In this document: positions 1 through 13,167 of the stretch, piece by piece | Layout of the letters: the number at the start of each line of letters is the position of its first letter | Position numbering within the stretch: position 1 is the first letter of the stretch | NCBI RefSeq assembly: GCF_009914755.1 | Contig: NC_060938.1 | Length of the DNA stretch: 64,000 nt | Strand: one strand, 5' to 3' | Source of the DNA: the human T2T-CHM13v2.0 reference genome, Homo sapiens | Position numbers and translations under genes: made by a program | The notes under the pieces: generated by a model | Told to the model about the DNA's origin: nothing | Seen by the model: only the letters and a program-made list of their open reading frames with translations | The model's database searches: none

Positions 1-429
1 GGGAAGAGATCACAAACTCAGGGGTTCTGGAGAGGAGTTCTGGGACTTTTGGGGTCCAAAGGTCATCAGTCTTTGTTGGGTGTGTGTGTGAAAGAGAAAG
101 GGAAAGGCCTTGTTATCAAAACATTTACTAACTAGTGGCAGACTCTGCAAAACAGACTGAGGCCCCAGCAATGACCTGTCTGTCCTCCAGAAGCTCCCAG
201 TCTTGCAGGGCCACTGAGCCTAAAGCCAGGATAGGGAGAGCCCAGGAGCTATGAGAGCCCTGGGGAGGGCTTCCTGGAGGAAGTGCAGTCTGAGCTGGCT
301 TCTGCTTGGAAAACCCCCTTGATGTAAGACAATTACCTTTTACACTGTTAGACCCAGATTACTGAACAGGAGAGCTGGCAGGGGTTCAGGGCAGAGGCCC
401 ATCCCAAGATGACCACTGTACATATGACA

Positions 430-640
430 GCTTGGCAGGGTGGTTAAGAGCCCTCCTGGGGTGATATCCTGGTTCTATCATTTGCTAGCTCTGTGACCTT
501 AACCTTTTGTGTCTCAGTGTCTTTATTTGTAAAAAGGGGCACATATGGCTTACCTCATAGAGCTGCCGGGGGAATTAATGAGAAAGTCTGCGTCAAGGCT
601 CCGGATGGTACTGGCCACCAGGAGCACTTGGTAAAGGCCA
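430..640 (+). mobile_element. MIR SINE fragment
   Basis: MIR core-like ctgtgaccttaacc..tctcagtgtctttatttgtaaaaagggg..acctcatagagctg..aattaatgag; boundaries approximate. Confidence 0.65.
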
Positions 641-3149
641 GCTCTGCTAATTTGGCAGCACCTGACTCTATGTGTGTCTTTCAGAGGGGACGAGGAAGGT
701 GCAGAACACACAAAGCCTGCACCTTTGTTCTTGGAGCCCTGTCCACCAAGGATAGATGGGCTGACTGTGGTTGGGTCAGTCGAGATTTAACAGACAACTT
801 ATTTTAAATGAGGAAAGGAGAGCAAAGTTTTTCCTCATCTGTCATATGTCCTTTTTAGGATTTAAATACCAGTTATAATCTCCACTTGTTTCTTTGTCAA
901 ATAAATGCCTAGAAGCACAGCCTACCTTCTATAACTGGGAGAATAAAATCTCAAATTGGTTAAATAACTTGTCCCACATTGAGATTATTAAAGAGTAGGA
1001 GTATGAACTCTGCTCTTCTAAAGCACAGGCCCAGGCCTCCTAATGAATCACATTATTCCCTGTCATCTGCTACCCAACAAGATCTGCTTCCTACCATTAC
1101 CGAGTTGGTCATACAAGGTGGAATGATTTCACCAGAGCAAGCCATGCTCAGAAACAGAAAATGTTGCCTCAGGTGCTTTCTTGAATGTTAGATTTTAATA
1201 TAAAAGCCAGTTCTATCCATAATGGGCAAATCCTAAGCGGTTGATTCTCTTAGGTTTCTCTTACAGCAGAGAACAGAGGATGAGAAGAAAGAGCTCTGAA
1301 GGGTCAGCAGAAGGGGGAACGGGGTACCAGGTGACTTTCATCCCTGTGAGTGGGAACTTGACTTTGCGTTGCGACCCTGCTCAGCTGTTCATCCAAAAGG
1401 AAATTGTGGTTTACAATTACAGAAAATCAGTAGCTGGAATTATTAATAATAGCAAAAAAAGCGCTGTTGGTGCAGCAAGTGATTTGTGGTAATGTTTTCT
1501 AATTGATAGTCATTTCTATTATTTAAATACTAACTAATTCATTTCATGTACTAAGCAGTGCATTGACTTTACTTACAGTATTATGGCAGCCCTCCTAGCT
1601 TAAAATCATTCCTTATTGTTTTCTTTAGGTAATTAAAATGCACTGCTCCCATGTTCTATTTGTGGCTGCTAATAGGATTGCACCCACTGAGAGAGCACTG
1701 TGGGCAGTTTATACAAAAGCAACCACATATAAGCTCTGGTCCTTCCAGCCTGATGATTTTCTCACCAGTAGGATTCCCGGGATATCCTTTGGTAATGTGT
1801 CCACAGTCTCCCTACTGCTGGCTTCATTTGGCTCTTCTACAACATGAGAAGAATGTGAAGTCTTTGAGTGCAGCTGCCATTTTACAGCAATGACCTAGGA
1901 GGTTCTGGCTTTTCTGCAGACAGGTTTTCTGGGCCAGTCCTTTTCCTCTGCAGGACTGTGGGCCTCCTGTCTAGGCCTATGAAATGAGAGGGATGGAAGT
2001 GGTCATCCTTAAGAGTTCTTGATGCTCTAAATTTGAATGAGATAATGGAATCAGTGAATATATTTTCTTGCAGGTGCATTGAAGATTCTGACTACTGAAA
2101 ACAGAAAATACAAAAAGATTAATGGGCCTGTTGCCAGAGGATTCACTGCCGACAGACATGAGCTGCCTGTTGCTGTTTAGTATCTCTGCATCTTCCTGAA
2201 GGCTGAGTTTTATTATTTGACTCCTCATATCCCTTTAATCAATAGGCTGCACATAAAATAAAATCTACTGAATCTCAGCTGAGGCTCTAGCATGATGCTT
2301 TCTGAGATATTTCAGAATATTTTTCCAAGTTTATTTACAAGATGAGTATTTATATTCCATTTTTTGGACATATTCATTTGTTTTTGTTTTTGTCTCAGGA
2401 AGACAAGAGAAGGTATTTATAAGCTGTCAGTCTCACCTCACAAGGTCAGAACTGAAAGCTCTGTGTAGAAAAATCCAAGTGCAGGATTCAAATATGTTGT
2501 ATTGCTGTTGCTGACTTATGACTGTGCCATGTCAGATGGTTTCAGCAACCTTGAGAGATTAAGACCATGGATTCGTGTTCCATGTAATTTCATGAGTTTT
2601 GTTCTGTCCCATGGCTTCAGATCATGGTCCTAGCTCTAACCAGCTATCTTGTAGATGTATGTCATGTGTTGTAAGAAGCATTTGCTTTGACCTGAAGCTT
2701 GGCATTGAGTTCTTGTTACCTGTGAATGGACCTTCTTCCCCATCTTGGACCTATCAATGCTGAGCATGTTCTGAACCACAGCTGGAAAGGCTAAGTCTCT
2801 TGGCACAAGAAGTCTTGTCTACCTGGTTGAACCCTGACTGTCAGATGGCATGCCTAAGCTCAATGGCTTTCCATCATCTTACTGAGCAGGTCTAATGTCA
2901 GGCCCTAAACCTTCCCCCAACGGAAGGTTTGATGTCATGAGCCTGGCCAGCCTATCCTGAGCTACAACCATGGATAGCACCTCCTGGAATGTTTGGCACT
3001 ATTTGGAAGAGGTCAAACAAGTAGATATAGATACATTTCAAATAAGAAAACTGTCAGGGAACCAAAGAGCTACCCAAAAGATGGACTTTGAATTTTCCCT
3101 CTGCTGGAATTCATTGAGAGATAATACAGATGAAAACAAATAGGCTTTT

Positions 3150-3996
3150 TTATTTAAATAAAAATAGTGAGGTGGGACATGCCCTAGATATTAAAATATA
3201 CCAGTAAGCTGAAATAAGTTAGTTAGTACTAAGGTACAATTGCAAAAATGGACAGACACACCAAGAAGAGACAACCTTGATATAGACTTTGATATTTATA
3301 ATCTATCTATAATAAAGGAGGAATTACAAAGTCAATAAATGGAGTTGGAAATTTTAGTATTTTAGGAAAAAAGAATTGACTTAGATATTCCTCCCAGAGT
3401 ATTTTACAAAATAATTTCCAAATGGATAAGATGGACACGAGAGTTATGTGTACAAAATGAAACTTAAAACATCACAAGGAATTGTAGAAAGATTTCTATC
3501 TAACCTCTACATGGTAAAGGACTATTTAAATTAAACATAAAAACAATGGGGTAAGATCAAATAGATTTAACTAATAAAAATGTAAAACATCTGTATATTT
3601 TTTAAAATCAATATTTATCTTCAAAGAGAAACTATGAAAAAAATGGTTATCAAGGAGGGATTCTGAGAAGACAGAAATGACAGTGGCATAGTTTTTAAAT
3701 CTCCCAGAATTCTGACATAAAACAGATGGAGCTATTAGACAACCAAAAACTATAAAATCCATGGACAACATTTACAAAGTTAAGTGACAAAGTATTCCCA
3801 CAAACCCTAAAATACAAGCAGATGGGGCAAACCACCAGCGGCCTCAAGATCTTCAAGGTGTCAGCGTATGTGCCAGAGGAAGCTGAGAAAGGAAGGGGAA
3901 ATCTGACAGATTTGAGAATAGGCCAACCCCAAAACTGGGAAGCAAAGCAGGGTCTCATGAGAATAGCAGTTGGACCTAGGAGGGATTTTACCCAAT
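3150..3996 (+). mobile_element. Old L1M fragments (degenerate)
   Basis: A-rich L1 ORF2-like tracts (aaaataatttccaaatggataa, aaaaatgtaaaacatctgta) followed by L1M 5'-region-like sequence; highly diverged. Confidence 0.5.
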
Positions 3997-4547
3997 TGTA
4001 TTAGTCAGGGTTCTCCAGAGAAACAGAATCAACAGGATGGATGGGTGGGTAGGTAGGTAGGTAGGTAGGTAGACAGATAGATAGATAGATAAATAGGAGG
4101 AGATTTATTATGGCAATCAGCTCACATGATTATAATGGCTGAGAAGTTCCACAATATGTGGTCTGCAAGCTTTAGGCCCAGGGGAGATGATGGTAAAACT
4201 CTCAGTCCAACACCAAAGGCCTAATAACTGGGGAGGCTGCTGATGTAAGTCCCAGAATCCAAAGGCCCAAGGACCAGGAGCTCTGAGGGCAGCAGATCAC
4301 AATGTCCCAGCTCAAGAAGAGAGAGAGAATTGTCCCTTTCTTCACTTTTTTGTTCTATCAAGTGGAGCCTCAATGGATTGGATGAAGCTCACCCCCATTG
4401 GTGAGGGCAGATCTTTCCTCAGACTACTGATTAGAATGTGAATCTTTTCCAGAAATACCCTCATAGACACACTTAGAAATAATGTTTCACCAGCTATCTG
4501 GGCATCCCTTAATCTAGTCAAGTTGACACATAAAACTACCCACCACA
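3997..4547 (-). mobile_element. MLT2 (ERVL) solo LTR
   Basis: Termini tgtattagtcagggttctccagaga ... aagttgacacataaaactacccaccaca; internal (TAGG)n(TAGA)n; 5-bp TSD ccaat/ccatt. Confidence 0.9.
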
Positions 4548-4906
4548 CCATTCCAGTCATGGTGAGTGCAGGGAGGTTTGTAAGGAGTTCTGGAGAGACC
4601 AGAGCAGTCTTGTCTTTACACCTTGCCTGCTCTTGAAAGGAGCAGTCAGGGCTCCCCCTGGGAAGGTTCTCAGTAATTATGGAGGTGGTGGTGGTTTTCA
4701 TACTCTTATTCTGAGGCTGTTGTATGTATAAAATGGGATAATGCAAATTAATAATTATTGAATAGTCTATTATCTCCTGTGTCCTTGAGAACCAGGATTT
4801 TGGGTATAGAAGAAAGGAAGTACAGATGTCCTATAGATTAAGTAAAAATCTTATAGTACGGAAATTAAACTGGAAAGTCCGTATGAATTCATGAGGTGTG
4901 TGCATG

Positions 4907-6680
4907 CATTCAGTTCTGCCAGAATATGACATATGCATTCCTAAAAAAAAAAATCACCTCATGGTGCAAAAAATCACAAGATTAAAAACCACTGGGTTTA
5001 TGGTAAAAAATGTGGGTAAAGGCACAACACTCAAAAGCTTCAGTGACAAATTTTTAAAAGGATATTTATGCAGCCAAAAAACACATGAAAAAATGCTCAT
5101 CATCACTGGCCATCAGAGAAATGCAAATCAGAACCACAATGAGATACCATCTCACACCAGTTAGAATGGCAATCATTAAAAAGTCAGGAAACAACAGGTG
5201 CTGGAGAGGATGTGGAGAAATAGGAACACTTTTACACTGTTGGTGGGACTGTAAACTAGTTCAACCATTGTGGAAGTCAGTGTGGTGATTCCTCAGGGAT
5301 CTAGAACTGGAAACACCATTTGACCCAGCCATCCCATTACTGGGTATATACCCAAAGGATTATAAATCATGCTGCTATAAAGACACATGCACACATATGT
5401 TTATTGTGGCACTATTCACAATAGCAAAGACTTGGAACCAACCCAAATGTCCAACAACGACAGACTGGATTAAGAAAATGTGGCACATATACACCAAGGA
5501 ATACTATGCAGCCATGAAAAATGAAGAGTTCATGTCCTTTGTAGGGACATGGATGAAACTGGAAACCATCATTCTCAGCAAACTCTCGCAAGGACAAAAA
5601 ACCAAACACTGCATGTTCTCACTCATAGGTGGGAATTGAACAATGAGAACACATGGACGCAGGAAGGGGAACATCACACTCCGGGGACTGTTGTGGGGTG
5701 GGGGGAGGGGGGAGGGATAGCATTAGGAGATATACCTAATGCTAAATGACGAGTTAATGGGTACAGCATACCAACATGGCACATGTTTACATATGTAACA
5801 AACCTGCACATTGTGCACATGTACCCTAAAACTTAAAGTATAATAATAATAAAAATTTTAAAAGAAGGATATAAATCTAGCAAAAATGACATAGGAGTTA
5901 TATACATGGTTAAAAATATGCTAAAAATAGGTAAATACTACAATAAATATGGTACCTCACATTGAAAAAGACCTGAAATTTGCTTGTGGAAGTGGGCATT
6001 GGAAGGATTGCAGCATGTTCAGTCATCATGAAGGGGTGGAAGAAAGCTTATCTGAAACTGGATGGAAAGTTGTCACATTAGATGTGGATGAATGTGGCTC
6101 AGTGTCCTCTGTTGGGCATTGACGCTGAACATGAGAGTTACCTGACCTTCTGTAGCCTTAAATCCTGGGTCATTTTTTTCTGCCTTTGAGGAATGCATTT
6201 GTAATAGATAGCCTGTTTGATCAAAATTGAAAATTTTATCTGTTCTCTAGCCTTATTCAGTTAATTTCTGAGTAATTGCTGGACATTCCTTTCCTGCCTT
6301 TTCATCTGCACTTGCAACTTTGCCCCTCAGTTGAAAACTCTGGAAATTAGAGTGGTGTTTGAAACCACCAAACCCACTACTCATAGCAGTAAAAGGTGCC
6401 GCATCTACTAGATCTGGCAATTTCTGTTTAAGATGTTTATAGAGAGATGGTGTATAGATTGTGCTTCTCTTTGATTTTGAAAAAGTCTATTCTTATTTTT
6501 TATTATTTTATGTATTCTTACATGGTTTTGTTCAGCTTGGTGTAGTTTTCTGCATTAGTCGACTATTTCTTCTGTATCAAATAGCCAAACACAAAATTTG
6601 TGTAATGCTCCACTTGTTCCCTATCAATTGTGGTTGAACAAATTAGTGTTTTCAAAATAAGTGTTATTGCAGAACAGCTG
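4907..6680 (-). mobile_element. Tigger-type (TcMar/pogo, Tigger6-like) DNA transposon with degenerate transposase remnant, interrupted by L1PA
   Basis: Degenerate TIRs cattcagttctgccagaat (4907) and gttattgcagaacagctg (ends 6680); minus strand 6393-6115 translates FTAMSSGFGGFKHHSNFQSFQLRGKVASADEKAG...KIFNFDQTG...PGFKATEGQVTLMFSVNA, resembling pogo/Tigger transposase, with stops. Confidence 0.8.
5061..5855 (+). mobile_element. L1PA (L1PA3/4-like) 5'-truncated 3' end
   Basis: ORF2 C-terminal peptides [40 protein letters not shown] and ..CMFSLIGGN; G-rich 3'UTR, ttaggagatatacctaatgctaaatgacgag, A-rich tail. Confidence 0.97.
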
Positions 6681-7570
6681 TGGGTAGATTTTCCCCCAGC
6701 TCCTTTAGCTCTGTCCAATGGAAAGGACTTAAAACGATGACTAACCTCGCAGTGGAATACCAATGAGCATCTGTAGCACCATGATTAAGATCTCAAAATA
6801 CTATATCCCATTAAAAGAAATCAGGGTTTCTTAAAGAAATGGCTGGTTTCAGTCTGGGACAGGGGATGGGTCTGGAACATCTTGTTATTCCAGATAGCAA
6901 GGAAGCTATCAAAGACTACTACGGTCATGTCAAAAGGACTCAGGAGCCAATTGAAGAAGCTCTTGCTGCCAAAGATGAGACATTTGTATCTCAAAACAAA
7001 TTTTTCAATTGTATATACATATTTAATCCATCTAATACGTTTAAATCCATGAGTTCCTAATGATATTTGAAAAACAAAACAAACTGGCTGCTTTGGGAGG
7101 ATAAAAAGCACCTACTTATTATCTTGAAAACTGATAAATAAAGGCAAAGAATCAAGCATTTATCCTGTCTTTCTTTTGTGAACCGTACCACTGGGTAACA
7201 AAATCAGAGAGGAGAGAAAACATCTCTTTGTGGAAGTATTCCAACTAATACATGAAAAAGAAATGATAGAATTAGAACATTCTCATTTTGCAACCCCCAG
7301 TGAATTAATGGATCTAGGCACTGAACTTCAACAGCTGCTAACATCACAAAAGGGAGACATGCAGACGGTATTTGCCTCCTAACAAAAATCACAACACCAT
7401 CTATAATCTTGCCAAGGGGATCAAACTTAAGCCTAATCAAGCCTTTGGATCCAGCTACCAATTTGCAGAAAATACAGAGCTCAGAAGAACATATTGAACT
7501 GTTTCTTAAATACACAATCAGCAAAATCCAGACTGTGAGAAACTTTACAGGTTAACGTTTTCGGGTTCTT

Positions 7571-7608
7571 AAACAAAACAAAACAAAACAAAACAAAACA
7601 AAACAAAC
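7571..7608 (+). repeat. (AAAAC)n microsatellite
   Basis: About 7 tandem aaaac units. Confidence 0.95.
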
Positions 7609-9348
7609 TATAAGAATAAGAGAAAGTCTAGGTGGAACTTCTAAGTTAAAAATATTTAAAAGACATAGCAAATTTTTAAAAATAGGCAAAGCTAAATTAC
7701 AGTGCCTTAGGGATGCACTTTTTGTGATAAAGCTATAAAGAAATGCAAGGAAGTGGTTGCTGTAAGAATCAGGGTAGTCAGTAATTAAGTTAACCTAGAG
7801 AAAATTACAGAAACTCTATTTCTTTACAATTGTGTGTGTGGATTGAAAGTCATGCTCACTACATGCCTACTGAGCCATGCTTTTCCTGATCTGCCTTCTT
7901 TCAGGACAATGCCTAGGTTTGCATCTCTAGCCCAATGTGTAGCACGTGCATTAGCAACCACAGGGCCTAACACTACACAGGGTTTCACCTGTGTTGAATG
8001 GTTTGCTACTGGGCTAACCCTTTGCCATCCTCCTGCAGGCTAAGGCAGTTCCCTGGGATGAGCAGAGCAGCCACTTTATTCCTAGATCTCCTCTCTAAGG
8101 TTATGAGAAGACTCAGTGTTTGCTTTTCTTCCCCCCACATCCAGAAAAACAAAAACAAAACAAAAAAAAAAAACAAAAGCAAATGCTGGGCCTGCCCGAG
8201 ATTTTTCCTCACTATCCTTGCAAGAGCCCAGGAGTCCTATTTGGCTGTTTCATGACAAGCCAATTAGGTAAAGATTGTTAATCAGAGTAATGAGGGGAGA
8301 AGGGACTGGAGGAAAGGAAGGAGGACAGGAGTGTGGCAGAGGCAGCTGCAGAAGACAGAACTACCCCTCCCGCTCTGCTCTGATGTTTTATTCAGGCTGT
8401 TTGCAAATGAGCCAGTGGAAACAGCATTAACAATAAATGAGATGCATTAGACTGAGAAGGGGCTGGGAAGGGAGATTTGAGGGTCTTTCCTTGCCAGCCA
8501 GGCTCACGGGCTCCCTGTTGGGTCGACAAAGGTGAGTCCTTCTCAGGCGGCCTTACCTGCTGGCCCACCTGTACTCTGGCTTTCTGAAAAGGTTTATGTC
8601 CCATTTAGCAAATAATACCAAGAAGCTCAGAGGCTTTTCTAGCAAGTGAGAGCCAGCCTAAAAGGCCTATCCAACATACTAACACCTGATGGCAGGAAAA
8701 TTTTACTCCCAGCCTCATCACTAAAGTGGTCACAATTCAAATGACCTGTTAGGTAGTTTTAGGTCCTCCACTTTATTAAAATAATGAATACTTGATTTAT
8801 GCTTTATAATTAACCAAGCACTTTCCATCACAAAACATTTCTCACAATAACCCTGTCAAGGAGTGGGAGTGATCCATTTTATAAATAAACCGAGCAAGGT
8901 TACCCAGGGCCTGAAAGACCTCACTTTCAGAATTCCATTCATTTTTTCCTTTCGGACAATTTCCATGAGATCAAATGCCCCCCACCTACCAATTTACCCA
9001 GACTTGTATAGCTCCTTCTTTTCATTCAACAAAAACGTACTAAATAGCACAGGGGCTGAGCTAGGCCTCCAGAGCACAGGAAATCCCAGTGGCCAAAACA
9101 TCATGTTTGATTCTATAGGCTATCAAGCTGCCAGTTTTCCTCCGATATGGATTCTGATTCTACTACAATTAGTACTTCCCAATTTAAAAATGATGGCAGT
9201 TGTCATTCATTAAGCACACACTAAGGGCTAGGCTCTGTGGTAAACAACCTACAAATGCGATTTCATTTAAAGCTTTGAGTCTATGTCCCTTAACCCCAGA
9301 CAGAGCTCATGGTCAGAAACCATATGCTGCCAACACAACACTTTTTCC

Positions 9349-9641
9349 TTTTTTTTTTTTTTTTGAGATGGAGTTTTGCTCTTGTTGCCTGGGCTGGAGT
9401 GTAGTGGCGCGATCTCGGCTCACTGCAACCTCCACCTCCTGGATTCTCTTGCCTCAGCCTCCCTAATAGCTGGGATTACATGTGCCCGCCATCAGGCCCA
9501 GCTAATTTCTTTTGTATTTTTAGTAGAGACAGGGTTTCACCATGTTGGCCAGGCTTGGTCTTGAACTCCCGACCTCAGGTGACCCACCCACCTCAGCCTC
9601 CCAAAGTGCTGGGATGACGGGTGTGAGCCACTGTGCCTGGT
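9349..9641 (-). mobile_element. AluS (Sq-like)
   Basis: poly-T, gagatggagttttgctcttgttgcc ... ctcaggtga ... gagccactgtgcctgg; TSD aacacttttt. Confidence 0.95.
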
Positions 9642-10283
9642 AAACACTTTTTATAATAAAGGGAGCAAGCTTTCCTTTTCCCCATTGAATCCCACCCTTT
9701 CACAACCTCAGTGAAACTACTCCCGGTAGTGAGACACGTTCCAGTTGTCTGACTTGGCAGCATGATTCCTCCAGGGTAGCTCTTCCACTGTATTTCTGCT
9801 TCACACCCATCAGCATCATGGGCAAGGGTCTCTCCAGCAAAGGGTGGTTAAAGAAGGCCAAGTTTCATTTCGTAGCTTAGACAAAACAAACCTCTGGCAC
9901 ATAAACATTGGATTCCTGTTGGTCAGGCCAACGAGACCCAGGAAGACTTAGAGTGATATTCCCTGGCACCCATGTCTCTCAAAGGTCTCCCCTAATATCC
10001 CCAATATACCAGGAAGGCATAAAGGAAGGAAAAGATGTCTATCAGAGAGAAGCAGAGCTCCAGAAGACAATTGTTTACCTTGCGTTGCTTTTCAGCGTAG
10101 GGACCTCAGTGCGGCAGCAGCATCCTCATCACCAGGGAGCTGGTTAATAAAGCGGAAACTCCAGCTGCACTCCAACCTCCTCCATCAGAGCCTGTGCGCT
10201 AACATTTTCAGGGGAGTGGAATACACGTTGGAGTTTGAGAGGCACTGAGTTAGAACACGTGGGGAGAGACTACAGTGTAGTGC

Positions 10284-10468
10284 TGTGGTTCTCAAGGTAT
10301 GGGGCCCCAGAGACCAGCAGCATCGGCATTACCTACTTTGAAAACACAAATTTTTGAGCCCCACCCCAGGCCAATTGAATCAGAAGCTCTAGGGGTGGGC
10401 CCTCACCATCTGTGTTTAACAAGCCCTCCAGGTGATCCTGATGCATGCTAAAGTATGAAAAGCCCTGG
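10284..10468. mobile_element. MER5A (hAT-Charlie MITE)
   Basis: gtggttctcaag..ccagcagcatcggcattacc..gaatcagaagctctaggggtggg..aatctg-like tgtgtttaacaagccctccaggtgatcctgatgcatgctaaagt. Confidence 0.85.
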
Positions 10469-11129
10469 TATAGACAATCAGTTTTCCAAGCCCTGGCTCC
10501 CCTACTTCTGACTCATCCCTTAGGCTGCACTCTTGGCTGACATTTGGGGGAATGGAAGGAAGGCCTTGTATACTTGGTTTTCCCCCTTCCATTTGATTTC
10601 CCTGGGGACGGTTCTTAAAACTCAAGCTTCTGAACAAAAAGTCTGTCTTGCTTGTGATTTAATCCTTCATTTGCATTGCCAACAACTAATGGGAAGAAAG
10701 AAGTTCCAGGAGACCAACTGGCTTTTTAGTACTGCATTGTATATGATCAGAAGCAGGCCTGGGAATGGAAGACTCAGGTTTCCCAGCCCAAGAATAAACA
10801 AGGGCATGAAGCCACAAGGAAGGGGGGCTTTGGTGGGGCTCTCCCAGGTCACAGGCTGGGGGTGTGGGTGGGCATGTACACAACACTGGCACAAGATAGA
10901 GCCAGATGGGAGAGAGTATCTACACAGACAGAAGAGGCAAGAACGTGTGGATACCCTCCTAGTCCACAAAATCCGAGAATTGTCAGCTGTCAGACAACAA
11001 CACAGTCCACCTCCCACTCTGATCAGTACCACACCTACATCTCTCCAGACTGAGGACCTCCGTTTCTTCAGTCTGTGGTGGTGCCCTCACCACCCGCTGA
11101 TATTAAAAGAAAGAGCACAATAGTGTCCA

Positions 11130-11900
11130 TCCATTCATTCAACAAGTCTTTGCTGAGACAGGCCTAGATGCCAGACACAACGCCAGGTGCACAAAGACAC
11201 GACTCCCAACTTCAAGGAGTGTACATTCTAGTGGAGGAGATAAGCCTCAATTTTTTAAGTATATAGTCACCACAACATGTGGCCATGTTGGGGGATTGTG
11301 TGACAGGGAACCTGGCTTAGTCTCAGGTCAGTGAAGGCTCCTTTAAGGAAGGAGACTGTTGGAGTTTGGGTTCTGAAGAATGCACAGGAGTTAACTAGGC
11401 AAAGGCAAGTGTTCATGGTGGTAAGGAGAGCATCACAGGCAAAGAAAAAGGACATGAGCTGAGACAGAGCATGGCAAGTTTAAGGATCAGAGAAAAGCAC
11501 CATAAAGAGACTCAGGTCATGACAGAGGGAGGTGGCATCAGATGGGCACAGAAGTGGTGGGCAGGACTAGGCCACAGGTTTGTAAAGCTTTGAGTGTTTA
11601 TCCTAAAAGTGATGAGGAGCCTTCAAAGGATTTTAAGTAGGAGAGTATCAGGGACAGATTTCCATGTTGTAAAGCTTACTCTGGCTGTGCCATGGAGAGG
11701 GAAGTGCTGATTCAGGAGTATAAGCAACTATGAAGCTGTTGCAGTTGTCCAGGGGCCTAGGACCAAGTGCTGGTGGTAGAGGTGAGCAGAGGAGTGCAGA
11801 TCAAGGAGAGACTTGGATGACATCCTTAGGCTTTGGATATGGATTGGACATTGGTAAGGTGTCCAGGGAATCTCTTAGTCACTAGGCTGGGCTGAAAATG
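11130..11900 (-). mobile_element. L2 LINE 3' portion
   Basis: cattcattcaacaag (reverse complement of the L2 3' tail), acattctagtggaggaga, ggattttaagtaggagag..agattt..ctctggctg. Confidence 0.75.
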
Positions 11901-12719
11901 GAGTGAGAGCTGGACAGGAAGAGAGGCAGTCACTTAGCTACAGATGTAGAAGAGATGCACCCAGAAAGAACACATGATGAAAACTAGGACAGTCTGCAGG
12001 GAGTAAGACTCACTTAGCAGTTAATTAAAGTAGGTGTCCAAACAGCTCTCAGTTATTTGCGTTATCCAATGTGTTAATTAGGGTTTGTTCCTCCTATTGC
12101 AATCTCTGGGCTTTGTTCATTTACATCTTCACCAGTAGGTGGTAGGAGAAGGGAAGCGGGACTTGGGGGACCCAGTTCACTTACTCAATGTATGCCTTGT
12201 GGAGAGATGAACACTAAGTGGCCTCATCTACTTGGAATGCCAGCTTATTGCAACTATTTGGCTTACAGAACAACAATCCTGTCCCTGAAGAGGAGAGCTG
12301 CATATAAATGCAGTTTACATATCCAGTAACTTTCTGCAACCATCCCTTAATGAATTAGTCAAACCTCCAGGCATCCAAATTGGTTCCTATGATCCTTTCA
12401 TCTTCCAGGTTGTTTGCCTTTAAAGTTTAGAACTGGATTGAAGAGTATTTATAGCAATGGGACATTTTTGTGAGCCTGAGGAAAGGGGTCTTTGATAAAT
12501 CAACACTAGAGAATTGTAGAAAAGGAATGCAGCCGGAGGAGTCTTTCAGGCAGGTTTGCAATGACTTCTTGTGCCGTCTTTTGGAAAGGTGCGAGGGCAG
12601 CAGCCACCCTGGGCTTGGAGATTGTGTGGAAAAGAGAATCCAAAACTACAGTAAAATTTTAATTGTATGCTTGATCTGTTTCAGGATGAAGAATTAAGAC
12701 AGATTTAGGTTTCTGTTTT

Positions 12720-13167
12720 CTTCAGGGTTCGGGCAGGAATCAAACAGTACACTCAGAAGAGAAGGTTGAAGAGAAATGAATGAAGGAACTATTTCTAAGG
12801 CTGTGAGCAGGGAAAAGGGAAGCCAGTGAGGGATAGTGAAGCACAAACTATCCAGAAACCACCAACACCCCAAGGCATGAAATGAAAAGAGGAGAGAGTG
12901 GGTGGTTGTTTGTCCAAGTGTGGCAGGAAGCTGCCTTGAATCTGCAGAAGAATGGATCCACTGCCAACTACAGTTCAACCAGGAGAGATCCTGGAAGGCA
13001 AATTCCCAGACCTCAACCACAGGTGTCTCCCATTGGTCCACCCAAAGCAGAAACTGATGAGCCTGGAGCGCACTGACTCACCCCACAGGCAGCCTCCCGG
13101 GCACAGAGCAAGTTCAGAGAAAGGTGCAAAGTGGACACATGGGGGCAAGCAGAGAAAACCCAGCACA
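12720..13167 (-). mobile_element. LTR33-like (ERVL) solo LTR
   Basis: Reverse complement starts tgtgctgggttttctctgcttgccccc..ctctgtgcccgggaggctg, like the LTR33 5' end. Confidence 0.65.

Larger units (their letters stand above)
4700..7790 (+). mobile_element. L1MC4-like 3' end, split by a Tigger insertion (pieces ~4700-4906 and ~6681-7790)
   Basis: cttgagaaccaggatt..aagaaagga..tatgaattcatga on the left; tagctctgtccaatggaaagg..gaaatggctg..ggaacatcttgttattccagatagcaaggaagctatcaaagactact on the right. Confidence 0.75.

Noticed and set aside
5694-5717. G-quadruplex-forming G tract
   Set aside because: Standard L1PA 3'UTR feature, not locus-specific.
5085-5749. ORFs with clear protein similarity (also 27231-27619, 21595-21834, 56357-56728)
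   Set aside because: Sense or antisense fragments of the L1 ORF2 C-terminus in truncated L1 copies, not genes.
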